Part shown: positions 12,795 to 25,529 of the stretch, in pieces
Numbering within the stretch: position 1 is the stretch's first letter
Layout: each line of letters opens with the position of its first letter
NCBI GenBank assembly: GCA_036172245.1
Contig: JAYWIR010000006.1
Span: forward strand, 3,596,001-3,660,000
Direction: 5' to 3'
Length of the DNA: 64,000 nucleotides
From: Raillietiella orientalis
Taxonomy: Eukaryota
Notes under the pieces: generated by a model
The model's input: the letters and a program-made list of their open reading frames with translations, nothing else
What the model was told of the DNA's origin: nothing
Databases searched by the model: none
Position numbers and translations under genes: made by a program

Positions 12795-13700
12795 CCACCA
12801 GGTTTTGCAGGCGCATTTATTAAACAAAATAATAATAAAAATCCATTAGAAGTGTTCAAGAGTGGTGAAATACTTGGTGCCCGGGACTGGCCATGACCGG
12901 TACATAGATCGGCGAGGTCCGTTCTCACAGCAACGGGAAAGGGAAAACCGAAAAAAAAAAAGAAACAGACAAAAAAGAAAAACGGGCGGAAAAGTTTTAG
13001 TAAGAAGGGACCAGGGATGGGATCACACTTCTCTGGGAGACGTCCTCGGCATCCTGTACAGGATGCTAAGCAGTTCCGCCCATATATTGCCCAGGTGGGG
13101 TCATCTCGCGGCAATCTTCGAGTGAATGCCGTACCTTCCATTTAGTCCTCTTTTTCCGGCCTTCCACGCCGCCGCCGCGATCTCGCGAGGATCGCAGAGC
13201 ACTGCGAGGGACGGGGCTGGCGGCAGAGCGGCACTCGTGAAGATGCGCTTGCAAATGTCCCTGGGGCTGCCAACCGGGGTTCCTAGGGTCGTCAAGAGAC
13301 GATCCCAAGGGAAACGGAGGCGTTACAGTCCAGCAGAAGGGAGTGCAAGAAAGTCTCCTTCTTGCTGCACCGGTAGCAATTGTCCTCCACGCTCCCCTGT
13401 GTCCAATGATGAAGGCGCGCTTTGCATGGGATCCCCCAATGCACCACTAGCAACGTTAACTCCTGCCACTCGAGGAAGAGGATGCCGCTGTTTCAGGACG
13501 CCGGGCGCTACTTCACCTCCTCTGCTGGTTCAGCTGCACATAAGTTCGAGCCCGTTGAATACGTTGACGAAGAAGCAGCGAGTTGCAGAAGTGATCTTAG
13601 CCACGCTACCAAATGTGTCATCTTCATCTGCAGAGAGGGGAGCAGTGCGTGCGCAGTGCATTACGTAGCAAAGCAGGTGATTTCCCCGTGTTTTAGTTTC
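12795..13700 (-). mobile_element. Decayed LINE 3' part (copy G)
   Basis: FLEWQELTLLVVHWG and GSPRDICKRIF are present, with the family 3'UTR. Confidence 0.75.
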
Positions 13701-13929
13701 GTTCGACCCCAGTAAATCGACGGAGCCAGATGAAGCATCTTTCAATTTCGTGGAATCATGCAATAGAGGGTTTTTTTTTTTCTTCTCCAGGCGCCAATCT
13801 CGTACCCGACATCAGAGTTCTTGGCGCAGGTTCCCGTGTGCTGCTGCTGACGTTGGTTGGGAGACGAATCTGGTTCCTGCTGCGACCTCTTTCCCGAGCT
13901 CCTTTGAACGCAGTTCACATTTGACCATC

Positions 13930-14445
13930 AGGGAAGTTTTCGGAATTTCTTCCCCGGAGGGAACCCACTAGGGAACTGTTCCTTACTATTCCTTTGAAGA
14001 GATCCCCAAAGGGACGCTTCCCAATCTCTATGAAGAGTCCGCTCATGGAAGGGAGCAGAGCACTTCACATTCTGGAGAGGTATCGATCCAGCAGCTTCAT
14101 AATACTCAGTGGAGGATCCCCCTGAGGAGAAGAAGGGGGGTAGTTCCGTTTTCACAGTCGGAGGGGAACTCCGAAGGGTTCTTTGATTCCTGGAAGATGA
14201 CCCCGGGGGGTTAACTTCCAGTCCCGGTCAGCCAACGGGAGCATCCGAGGGTTTCCGATTGCTGACACCAGTGCCGCACCTGGATGTAGGCCAACCAGCA
14301 CTACCTTGCGAGGGGGACTCAGAACGCGCGACGACGCCCCTTCCCTTCCGTTCTCGGCACCGACCCTTCCCCTGGTGGGATTCGAGCCCGTGACGTCTGG
14401 TGCCGCTTGCAGAGACCGCAGCCTCGCGGTTGACAGCGCGGACTT
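13930..14445 (-). mobile_element. tRNA-derived SINE
   Basis: GGCTCGAATCC B-box, the core GCTGGTTGGCCTAC...GGTGCGGCACTGGT, and a repetitive tail. Confidence 0.75.
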
Positions 14446-17202
14446 TCAGAAAAAAGAAAAGTCCAAGAGACAGTCGGAACAGGCCGGTGCTGCACGCTGA
14501 GCCCTGTTCTTATCTGAGCATGCTATATGGCTCTGTCCAGGTCTTGTTTTCCGAGTGGCTTCTGGTAGCACTGATGAAGTGCTTTCAATGTGTCTGCTGT
14601 TGTTTTGGTGTTCGTTCCAATGCGTTCGATGCGGGAGACGTCCGTCCCGCTGCATTCCTTCCCCCCTTCCCATTAAAACCAATGTCACTCTGAATGCTTG
14701 CAGCTCTTTCTCATATCGACCAGCATTCGTTTCCTCTGTGACCTTGGATCTCCATCTCCTCCTCAGCTTCCCCCCTACCGGAGCTGCCCGCTGCTCATTC
14801 AGTAGTTTCTCTGATTCTGCAGGGACGCCTTCTCGGAGGATTCCGCTCGTCGAAGGCACGATGGCTCTGTGAGCAGCAACCTTCCCAGCCAGCCACGGGC
14901 ACAGAAATTGTCGTTGCAAATTCGAACTCCCTCCCCCCCTCTTTCCCCGGCTGAAGGACAGGTGACACGATGCGAGGAGCGTTCTCAAGACCGGTATCGT
15001 TTCATGGACCATTATCATTCTGAGAAACCTTCTCGAACGCGCTACAGGATTTGCTGCCTAATTTTCCCCACGCAACTGCTAACTCTTCCCGTGTTTTGAG
15101 CTGCTGGCTCGCTGACGGACGATCCGATCTCGAAACGCTCGGGGGTACTCATTAAAATTGTTCATTTCGAAAGTCCCAGTCTTGACTCCTCCTAATTTCG
15201 GGGACGATTCTGCTTAATGATGTAGAGAACAGACCTGTTAAGGAGTCATCAGGCTGTCGGTGATGCTTGGAGAAGCCGGGCTGCAGATTCCGGCTACTGC
15301 ACAACGTTCATCCCATTGAAGAGCAGCAGCGATGGATTATCCAGTCCACTTTCAGTGGAAATTTTCCTTTCTGCTTTCTAGGAACATGAATTCAAGTTTC
15401 CTTTCCAGAAAGCTCCCGAGTTTGCTTTTCACAGATGCATGGTATGAAGAATCCAATAGACCTCCCCCCCCCCCCCCCCCCAAAAAAAAAAAACAAAGAA
15501 ATTCGAGAATTGACTGCAACACCAACAGTGAGACGAAGAGGATCCACCCCACCACTGGGATAGCGGGTGTTTAGCCTCCGTGCAATGCAACCGGTGTCAC
15601 ATCATGGTAACGAAGCACCACGTTTTTTACTGGCTGGCAACGAGTGACCGTTCCGCCTGCTCGTGCCTCGTCCTGTAGGGAGGCGCACGTGGAAGACGCG
15701 CGGGAATCACTCACGGCACCCGGCTGCTACGTTTGCGCCTGGCAACCCCTGCGAATTCGGCGCGGCGAGCCACCTTGGCGGGAGAAGCGCGCGCTGGCAG
15801 CCTGGAGAACGTTCGAGAGGGAAAGTTTCTCGGATTGTTGAGACGAGTCGCGGGAGAAAGTGCGGGTTCTTATTGGCCGATGAAAATGACGTCAGCGACG
15901 GCAAGATGGCGTCCTCATTGTTGCTGCTTTCGGACTGCGTCGTCCTGATGGCAGTTGCGACGGAAAGGTGGGCACACCGCACCCCCTAGTCATGTGAAGC
16001 ACGCCGGCTTCGGAACAGTAAGTGCATCCCTTGTAACGAAGGGGAACGGTGGGGTGGGGCGGAACGATTGGTTTGTAAAGCGCAGCATCCACCTATCCTC
16101 TTTTTTCCTCCATTGGAAATGGCTCTGTTCGCGCAAGCATGGAGTGTGGCTGGAAGTAATGAGGGTCCTCCCTTTCCCACCCTTTCTCCCTTTCCCCAAG
16201 GCTCACTGGCCACGTGGGAACACCTCACAGCTCCTGGGAAAGCTTGGAGCCGTTGCCAAAGAGAAGCGAACGCAAGTCCTGTCTCCCGGAGAGCGGTTGC
16301 AGGCGGCAACGCGTTTTCGAGCGTCTTCTTGCTCGTCCGTGCGACCAGCAGAGGATTACGTGAGCACCGGCGTGCATGGCAACCGACGGGAACGAATCCG
16401 GATGGCCTTTTGTCGCCGGATCAGATAAGTGCCGTTTCATTTCCTGCCTGCGTCCAGTCGACTGGCAGTTCCGTTCGCGCCGGCAGCGGCCGGGGTCCGG
16501 GTTGCAGCGGGGCACCACTGAAAAGGAAACTCCTACCGCTGATTCCCGCGTTTCCCCGGAAGTTCCAGGAAACCCAAACGCTAGGTATCATCTACTCTCA
16601 TCTCATCTTCTCCATCATCGGCGGGAAGGCAGGGATATCCTCTCTTTCCCAGGTCTTTGTCTCGTCTGCCGAAGCTTCGCGTTCCTCCAGTGGAATCTCC
16701 AGCGCACTTCGAGAAGCGCCCCCGCTTTCGTCCCATCATCCTTCAATCCCGCAAACAGCGCCTCTTAATCTGCCTCCTCCCGCTAAGGAAAACGCTCCTG
16801 TTGGACCCCCCACCGCTGCGGCGGTCGAAGGGTCGCACCAAAACCTCGCGCTGCTTCCCGAGTCTAACGTGAGCGCCCCCTCACGCGCGCACTCCGGAAC
16901 CGTCATTTCCGGTCCCTCGCGCTGGAGAGAAGCGGAAGCGGCGGGGGATTCCAGCAAGCTCCCCGCTCGTCTGTGCAGTTCCGATTTCTCTCCCTGTGTG
17001 GGAAACTGAGGTCCTCCCATGTGCGTCACATCCTCTGGCGATGCGCTGAAAACTCAGGCTTCTTTCGCTGCTGCCATGCAACCTACGCCGTAGAACCGGA
17101 TTTGGCTACCCCCTGAGGCATCTGTCCTCACTACTGGATTCATGGATCTCCTGCCTCCCATAAAAACTGGAACGCCTGGGAGCAGTAAGCTCTGGATTCT
17201 CT

Positions 17203-18340
17203 TTGGAAGTGCTCCCAGAGAAACAGAGATCGTTGGAATCTCCTACGAAAACCACTGGAGGATCTGCAGAATTGGACTCAGCGGTTCGGGATAGCAGTCA
17301 CACCCCTTGCCACAGCACTCTGTCTACAGGGCAAGCAATGACGGCAGCCAACTGACGGGGTGGAAGTTCTCCTGCAACATTGCAGGAGTCGAAAGACTCC
17401 TGAACGGTTGCAAGACGATGAAGATAGTGAACGCCGCCACCGCTCGCTTCCGGGCAAAGGGACTCCTTCGCTGGAGCGAACTGCTTGGTTTATCACCCGG
17501 TCACGCCTGTGTGTTTATTATAAAGAACAATAGGCATACATGTGTGGGGCCACCGACCCTACTTCGTACAAAAATGCTGGGAACCTGCTGAGTAACCGGC
17601 ACGCAGGCCGGCGAGATTCGCCTCGGCAGCGGAGGGGGAGAGAGCAAACAGAAAAAAAATTTATATATAGAAAACAATTGGGAGGGTAAGGAAAGGATCA
17701 TTGGGGGCTAGAGGGCGTCCTCTGCATCCTCTCCAGGATGCCGGCAAATTCCTTCTGAGTATGTCCCAGGTGGAGCTATCTAACTGCCGTCCTCAGGAAG
17801 CCAAGGGCGAAGCAGATGACGTCCCTATCGTGCCGTCCTCTTCTCGCGTAGCTCCAGGCCGCCCCAATCCCACGTAGGCAGCAGAAGAGAGCTGCCGGGG
17901 ATGCGACAGGCGGAAGGGCATCGCGCACGAAGAGGCTCTTCAGCACGTCTCTGGGAGTGTCCTTTAACGCCCCGAGTGCCGTTGCGTAACGCAACCACAG
18001 GAGCCGGAGGGCAACACAGTCTACAAGCAAGTGCGAGTGCTGAGATTCCCGTTCTCCGCACTGCAGTAGTCAGCCTCTCGGGTCCAGTGAGAGTGGAGGG
18101 CATTGCACGGCAGAGTAACAGCAGAAGTGTCGGCTCCTTCCACTTCAGAAGGAGGGCCCGAGTAAGCGCTGGGAGTCACTCGAGGTTTTCTTGTGGGATT
18201 GCCAGCAGCTCACCCCAGCGCGATAGTTTCTTGTGAGGGGCACTTGGTGTTGCAGCATCCGTGATCTGGACCGTGGTCAAGCAGCCTCATTCCTCCGTCC
18301 GGAGATCTTTTTCACAACTGACTTTCCATTTGACTGGCTG
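17203..18340. repeat. Right arm of IR1
   Basis: Reverse complement of 7652-8789. Confidence 0.97.
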
Positions 18341-18395
18341 GTCACTGCCCAGGTGCTCCCTGAGGGCGAGCAGTGCCTCGGCTGGGAAGGTTCTT
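17492..18395 (-). mobile_element. 5'-truncated LINE, subfamily 1 (copy E')
   Basis: It is flanked by a TSD-like pair CGAACTGCTTGGTTT (17477-17491) and CGAACTGCTTAGTGT (18396-18410), 13/15 identical. Confidence 0.85.
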
Positions 18396-18723
18396 CGAAC
18401 TGCTTAGTGTGTCCTTTGAAGAACTGGTGGTCCTTTGTGCGCAAACACCACGGTGCTACGTCTACTGTGTAAACGGGACGTCCTGCTCTTTATTCACTGG
18501 GGATTGCGATGCAACCAGCTCAGGCACCTGGTTTGCGGAGAAGTGGCCTACCGGGCTGTTCAAGGTGCTGGGCGATGGAGTCGCTCTCGCACCTTTTGTT
18601 GGACTTCAGTGCCCTGGAAGACTTGTGCCGGAGGCTCCCTTCGGCGCTCCATCGACCGCAGGGCAACGCTTTGGACTTGCTGCGGCGCTTCTTCACCGGA
18701 GGCGAGCTGAAGAGCGCTGTGAT

Positions 18724-20690
18724 TTTACACCCGGGTGCGCCAGGGCGTTTATTTCTCTTAGAGTGATCAATGAAGCCAAAAGGTTCACTGATCCCAATTA
18801 TGACACTAAAACTAAGGGGAGGCCAGCGAGGTCCATCAAGGCCACGAAAGGGAAAAGTGATAAACAAAACTAGAGAAAAAAAAAGAAACAAACTATAACA
18901 AACAATAAAAAATAAGGAAAATAAAAGATTAGTGGGGGGAAGACAAGGGATTATATTTCGTGGTGGGTGAGACCTCTGCATCCGTTGAAGGATGTCAGAG
19001 AGCTCCTCCTCCCTTTCCAGGTAGGACCACCTCAAAGCTATTTATAGGAAGCGGATGGCGTGCAGGACAGCCCCCTCCCCCGTCTCTCCGACCTCCTTCG
19101 GCGTCGCACTTCTCCGCGACGACACCGCGCATGCAGCACAGCGCTGCGATTGAGGCTGCGGGCGTCATGGCATGAAGAGGGGCCTCAAAGTCTCTGGGAT
19201 CGCCCACGGGGTGCGGAAGGGACGCAGAGAAACGCTCTCACAATCCTGGAGGGCACCCCTCGACGCACTGCACTATGAGGTAGGGGAAGGTCTCCTTCTC
19301 TCCACACCTGGCACAGTTCGGCGATGCTCTTCTTCTCGTCCAGTGGTGCCGGTTCGCATTGCACAAGAGACCCCAGTACAGTATTAGCAGCGCCGATTGC
19401 TTCCACTTGAGTGGAAGCAGCTTCTTTCTATAAACACGGGGGGCACTTTCAACTCTTCGGGCCGCATGGAGGGGAGTTCGCCCCAACGTTCCAGTCCTTT
19501 GGAGACGGTTCTTGCTGTAGCCGCGTCAGCCAACTGTCTCATGATCCAGCCACCAATAGGCTTCCTGCGGGCCGAGATCTCGCAGGAAACCTCCCACTTC
19601 GCCGATAGGCAGGTGCCCCGACAGCGGAGGACACCGCTGCGGCGAAGGGGGTGGCTGCTGGGTAGACAAACATAATCAGCTTATTGCCCACCGCCTCCAG
19701 TGTTCTTCAGCTGTTCTTCTGAAACTGTCGGCAGCGGGTAACTTCCCACGGAACCTGGGTGAGCTGGGCCGACGTCCTCACTTTCTCCTGCCGCCAGGTC
19801 GGAGTGTTCGCAGGGCGGCAGCAAATCCACGTGTTTGCTCTCACCAGAGCAGCGACACACCGGAGAGGATGGAAGCCGCAAAATGGGAGCCGGCGGTGGT
19901 GACACGCAAACAGTGTTGCGAGTCCTTCGTCACCGACCGCCAGCCGAGAGAGCAAATGTGCAGGGGAGCACCAATGGGTGGGCCAGTTCTGTGCCACGAA
20001 GTTTAGTTGAACTTCCAAGGAGTCCAAGTCCTCCATCGCGACGAGAAGCACACAAGTCTTTTTATAGGACTCGAGCCCTCCCATTTCCCCAGAGGGCTTT
20101 TCGAAGGAGGTCCTTTGTCCGTTACACCATGCCGGGGTGGGGACGGGGCAAACAAAAAGCATGGGTCGGAGGACAGGGGCCACAAAGATGTCCCGAAAGA
20201 CGACCCGTTCCGGCAACCAGCAGTTGCCTTTATCGAACGAGCCGAGCGCCGACTCTGCCTTCTGGAGGCAGCCGGACCACGTTTCCGTAGGGGAAACATC
20301 CCCCAACGGCACGCCAAGGTAATTGAAGTACCGAACCCTGGGGATCCCTAAACGGATCAGTCCGACAACCCAGGTCACGTCGCGCCGACCGGACACACGC
20401 TTGACTTCTCTCTGTTCACTTCCATGCCTGTTCCCCGAGTGCGTCTGCAGGGGCACACATGGGGAGCAGCAGCAAGAGGTCATTTACATAGGCCGACACG
20501 GCTGGCATACCGGGGTACGAGCTCGGCAGGGAAGCCAGAGTATCCCTGTACGCTCTCAGCAGCAACTCGAAGTAGGTGCTGAAGAGCAAGGGACTTAGAC
20601 TGTCACCCGCCTCACGCCGCGCCGCACCGTAATGCCATAGACGTGCCTGCCACTGAAAAAAATCGATGACCATCACCATCGCGGAGCGCC
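18724..20690 (-). mobile_element. LINE subfamily 1 with partial RT domain (copy F)
   Basis: GDSLSPLLFSTYFELLLR, AYVNDLLL (YADD-like), FNYLGVP, LPLKWKQSALLILYWGL and CARCGEKETFPYL are present. The TSD is degenerate (AGCTG..GAGCGC.GT). Confidence 0.88.
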
Positions 20691-21108
20691 AGCTGGAGCG
20701 CAGTACACAACAAACTGCTGCATCTGCACCATAGTGAACAGTCCGCCACGTGTTGGAGTCGGATTCTAGGCCAAGGGAGGCCGCCAGCATGGCAGCAGCC
20801 CTCATAAGGGCAACAGCAAGGTAGTCTCACCTGCCAGACGAAGTTGCAAGAGAGAGCGCCACTGTCCAGGGATTATTCCAGAAGGAAAGGAACGTCTCCA
20901 ACCAAGAACTCTTGTCCCCACTCTCCCATCTTTTTTTATTCATTTTTCGTCCCCTTCTTCCGTTTCCTAGTTTTTGAACCCTGCCTGCGTACCGATGGTT
21001 ATCCCGGATTAACTTTTTTCCTGGAATTTCTTGTTTTTACGGAAACTCCTCTTCCCCTCTTCCTCGTAGTTCTTTCAAAATAAGCGTTCCGGCGTAGCCG
21101 GGCAAGAA

Positions 21109-21480
21109 CTGGCATTGGAAGTTGACCCTCCGAGGTCCTTCTAGGACTGCTCTAGGAGCCAGTTTTCTGCAGTTTCCCTACGGTTATGAAAATAAAGCCA
21201 TCTCCCTTTACGAGGAGGACTCAGGCCCCTCCATCACGTATTATGGAGCTGGTTGATACTCCCCTCGAGGGTTGCCTATCCAGAGTGTCAAGGAGCGCAC
21301 TGGTCCCTTCCGGGGAGCTCCTTAAAAAAGCTTGGGAAAGGCGTTCCAGGGAAAACGCAAAAATGGACGGCAGAGAGACAGGGAGCGCGTTGGAGCTGAT
21401 GCGTTTCCCTTTGATCTTTGTGCTAAGAAGGGTGCTCAGAAGCGAAAGACGCCAGGTTCCAAGGCAGCCTTTCGATGCCT
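21109..21480 (+). mobile_element. SINE body lacking its head
   Basis: It is colinear with 55281-55480 from ATTGGAAGTTGA onward. Confidence 0.7.
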
Positions 21481-24403
21481 GGGGGCGATGAGTCAGGCGC
21501 TTCCCAAGAATTCCCTCTTTCTCTCTGTCCCGAAACCGGGAGGAAGAAGGCAAGAAAACGTGAGGTTTCGAGCGCTGGCTTTACGCCAACAACGGACGGT
21601 GACAACTGGAATCTCTTTGAGCTCTCCTTTCAGGCCAGTGTTCCTGTATGCAGACAGCCAACTCAGAAAGTAGTGACGGGAATTCGGGATTATCCTTCAT
21701 CGCCACACCTCTTGTGCCCATCTATCCTTACAGCCTTTCGCAAGGGAATCGGAATTAGAGGCAAAGTTTCTTAACCACCCAAAGAGTCGCCAGGCTCCTC
21801 CTGGCCCCTTCTTCTCTGGCCCCTCAGACCGGAGCAGCGTGACCAAACAGTGCCGGCTAGAGAGGGAGAACTCGCTGGTGCTGTGACTTTGCGGAAGTGA
21901 AGGGCCTTGTGCATTATTCGACTCCCTTAGATGCATTTGGGGGATGTTTTAAGGTTCTCGTGGGTTTTTTTTTTTTTTTTTCTCGAGATGCTGCCATTCC
22001 TGAGATGGAGAGTTTGTTGGCTTGATGGCTAGAGTTTTTGGAGAGGATGGTCCCTGGTGAGAGATCCTAGCTTCTTGCTCACTAGATGGGAAGATGCATT
22101 CCGACACACAGAATTCTTTCCTAAAGAGTTTCTGCCTATCAGCGAAAGGGGCGCAGCTTAACCGAAGGGGAAGACGGGGGGTAGCAAAGGGGCACCCTCT
22201 TGCAGGAAAGAAACGGAAAGTAAGAGGAGCTTTACGCACACACGTGGTTGTACTGAAGGAATTTCAGGGCGTGTGCTTACAGCTGCTATGGGCAATCCCC
22301 CCGCACCACGGCGCTTAACTGAAGAAAATGGTTCGCTCCCGCAGCCTACCCGGATCCGGACAAAATCAAACCCATTGATCGTACCACCATGGACGAAACA
22401 CACGAAGCTCCAATCAGATTCACCGGTTGCTCGCCACTCCGAGATAAAAGGAACGCAGGCGGTGATGGACTTTCGGTTTCTTCCGCTTGCGCCCCTACGA
22501 TGCAGACAGCCAATGGGACACAGCGGTATCGGGCTGATAAGCTGATCTTATCATCCGCGTCCAGAAAGCTCAAGAATTCCTTTGTGCAGCCCATCTCCAC
22601 TTTCAGATGGATACTGATTTTTCCACTGCTCCAGACGAACATCTATCAGTGGAAAGAATAGAAATTCTGATTGCCGGATGTATCTCACCCTATAGACTGA
22701 GATGGAATTTTGACGCAAATGCGATTCCCCTTCTTTTCTTCGGCCTTTCTAATGAAGTTGTGAAGCCCGCATGGAGTAGGCACTCGTGAATGCGTTTCCG
22801 ATATTCAGGAAATAGGCCACTTCGGTGAGTTTGATTGGGTCCGTGGTAGTTTTCTGACGTACGAATTCACTCACTCACCTTTGTGACCTTGGGGCTGAGA
22901 TGACTTTTTGGAATTCATCTTTGCCTCGCAATCGGAAAACTCATGAAGGTGACAACCATAAGCACAGAGTTGATCATCCCAGCGCTTTAAAAAACAGCTG
23001 AGACGCAATCATCCTCTCCCTCGTTCTCAATAATTCCAGTTCCGGGAATAATTGTGATGGTTGCGCCGTCGCTGTCCCAAGGATAGTTTCAGCCCCGAAA
23101 ATAAGCAGCATGAGGAAAAAAAGCACTCTTGACCGTTCTCTCCAGCTCGTCCTGGTGATCTGACGACTGTCTTTCTGTGACCGTTGGGCAGAGGAAACGG
23201 TTCCAGTGCTGACATGTACCCCCTCTCGAATGGCTGGAGTTTCCCCGCAGGGCGCACTCCAGGGAGTTTCGAAATACAAGAAAATCCAGGCCTGGCGAAG
23301 GTTGGACAGTCCCTGCCCTCGAGTCTCACGTAGTCCCAGAGCTCTTTGAATGGAAAGTTCATGGTATCCGGCAGTAGCGGCGCTCTATGGCTTAAGAATT
23401 CCTGCCTTTGCTTCAAGGATCTCGCGGGCTTTTAAAAGAAGACACTGAGAAATTCGCGCTTTCTGAAAACGAAGAAGGCAACTGGATAGAATAAGGAAGG
23501 CTGAATTGGTACTGTGGGAATCTGGAAAGGCTTTGGACTCGTGAGAACTTTGGAGCCTCGAAATTGCCGTTCGTTCTCAGGACGGATAAATTTCTCCAGG
23601 AATACAATCAGCGGGCATCCGAAGAAACCACCCTTGGTCCAAGGAACCCCCATAAACTCCCACGTGTAGTTTGCTACTGTGAAAATTCAAAGCCTTTTGG
23701 CGGAGGCTCTTCAAAAGAATTCCCCACAACCACGAGATTCGGAAGGGAGTTTCCGACTTCAAAGTTCTTGAGCATCTTCAGTTCCCTTCGAAGCAAAAGG
23801 TCGCTGGAAACCTCTACTTCGGGATCCCTTTGACATCCCTGACGAGTCCTCTGATTCCAGCTTTCCCATTGGCATGCCATCGCAAAGACCGTAGTGAGTT
23901 CGGAATTCCAGGCCTACATTACACCGCGAGCAGAGTCCGTTACTTTACTATTCCTCGAGGGCTGAAGGCGGGCGGACGTTCCTCCCTCACAGTAGACTCC
24001 TAGAATCCCAGATCGCTTCTTCAGCGTGGCTTCTGACGAAGAGCGAATTTTATACCTTCTTTCGCTGCTGTATGCAGCGCGCGCCTCAGAAAGTAGTCAG
24101 GGAGATGAAAGCGAAGATTTGTAAGAGCGATCCGAGGGCCTTCCGAGGATCTTTCATCGACCACACCCCAGCAAATTGCATAATCCGTGCAATAGCGCGC
24201 ACTGCTGGAATGCGTGGCAGTGGGATTTTGCGAGCATGATCGAGGAAGGGGAGGAAAAACACACGGAAATCTATGGGAGTGGCGCACTAATGGGAGACCA
24301 AGGAACACAAAATTCAGGACGGTTCATCGCGCCATTTTTAAATACAGTTGATCCCTGTATAGAGCGGGAGATGAGTTCCGCGTTATACAAGCCCTAGGCG
24401 TTA

Positions 24404-25330
24404 TACAAGGGTGATCTGAAAAATATTCATGAGAGATGAAAAACTTATAGCAGTAGGATATCTATTATCTCGCTCTAAAATGAAAAGAAAAAAGTTTAAA
24501 GTGCTTATTTATTATTTAACTTGGAGTTTAAAAAAAAAAAAAAAAAAAACTTCTAGAGTTCTGTTGATATTTTATCAATTTAAGCTGATTCTATGTCTCT
24601 ATCGTCCTCGCTGTTGAAAAATGTGTCTCCTCAGACTGTTTGACTCGGGCAAATCTAAATCAAACAGAACTCGACCCATTCAAATCATGCGCTCGTATTC
24701 TTTTCGAAAGCAGCTGGACCGACACTGCACCACAAAATTGAAATTTATCCACGGTCTTACAAGGCTGATTTACCGCGTTCTTCGAGGGCCACCGACATTT
24801 TTTCTGTCGCGCTATGAGGGAGCCTGCCGGATTTGAAAGCCACTCCCGGAATCGAACTGGCAACATGGCGGTGCTTCAGATATGCTGCACTTCAATACGG
24901 AATGTTCGAAGTCTATTCATGCGCCATCACCTTAGCGAAACACAGCATCATTTTTGAGAGAATGCAGCCGCGGACCACAGGAGGTAGTTTTCAGCAGCTC
25001 AGCATCGTGGTGAATGAAAGCAAGCAATCCACACATCCTTCCTGCCACACCTCCCTGCCACTGTATCGGATCCCTCAGAGCGGATCACGAAATGGGACTT
25101 CTGTTCCCGTCTGGCTGTATGAGAAAAATGTTGAAGATTGTACAAAAAACGGCGGAGGGAGTTCGGCTTACCGTCTTGCAGTACGACGGCAACCCTCCCC
25201 ACCTCATTCGCAGAGCATAGATCCACTCGTACGGAAAGACTTGCTCACCCGCTTGCACGGACATGGCCTCTGGGACAAGCGCTGACCACCTCTTCAGAAG
25301 GTGAGCAGTATGGAAAGAGTAGTCATCTGA
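24404..25330 (+). pseudogene. Decayed Tc1/mariner-superfamily transposon
   Basis: TACAAGGGTGATC resembles a TA+CAGGGTG terminus. GLTRLIYRVLR, SNPH...ADHEMGLLFP and LQYDGNPPH (QHDGAPPH-like) occur in the expected order. Confidence 0.5.
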
Positions 25331-25529
25331 TCTCTGCCTCACCTCAGTCATCATCATGGAATTAGACGTCCTTAACAATTCGTCCACAGCCAGGTGAAGA
25401 GACGACGGCAGCTCGAAATAGAGACTGAGAAAACATCGACAGTTGGTGGCATTCGACCGGCCTATTCCGGGGATGGACTCGAATCTGAAGCCGGGCGGGG
25501 AGGTCCGCTGCCCCAGGGCGAGGGTAAGG

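Larger units (their letters stand above)
17211..21108 (+). mobile_element. LINE subfamily 2, interrupted by two antisense subfamily 1 copies
   Basis: The pieces 17211-17491, 18396-18724 and 20691-21108 join as LRWSELL|.VSFEELVV, KRDVLLFIHWGLRCN, CSRC..ESLSHLLLD and LRRFFTGGEL. The terminus is TAAGCGTTCCGGCGTAGCCGGG. Confidence 0.8.

Noticed and set aside
16068..17009. 313-aa Pro/Ser/Ala-rich ORF
   Set aside because: It has a non-ATG start, low complexity and no motif. A LINE ORF1 origin is possible but unsupported.
7652..18340. Polinton or foldback transposon bounded by IR1 (likewise IR2)
   Set aside because: The arms are made of LINE and other TE debris and cut through older elements. I saw no flanking TSD and no integrase or polymerase genes inside.
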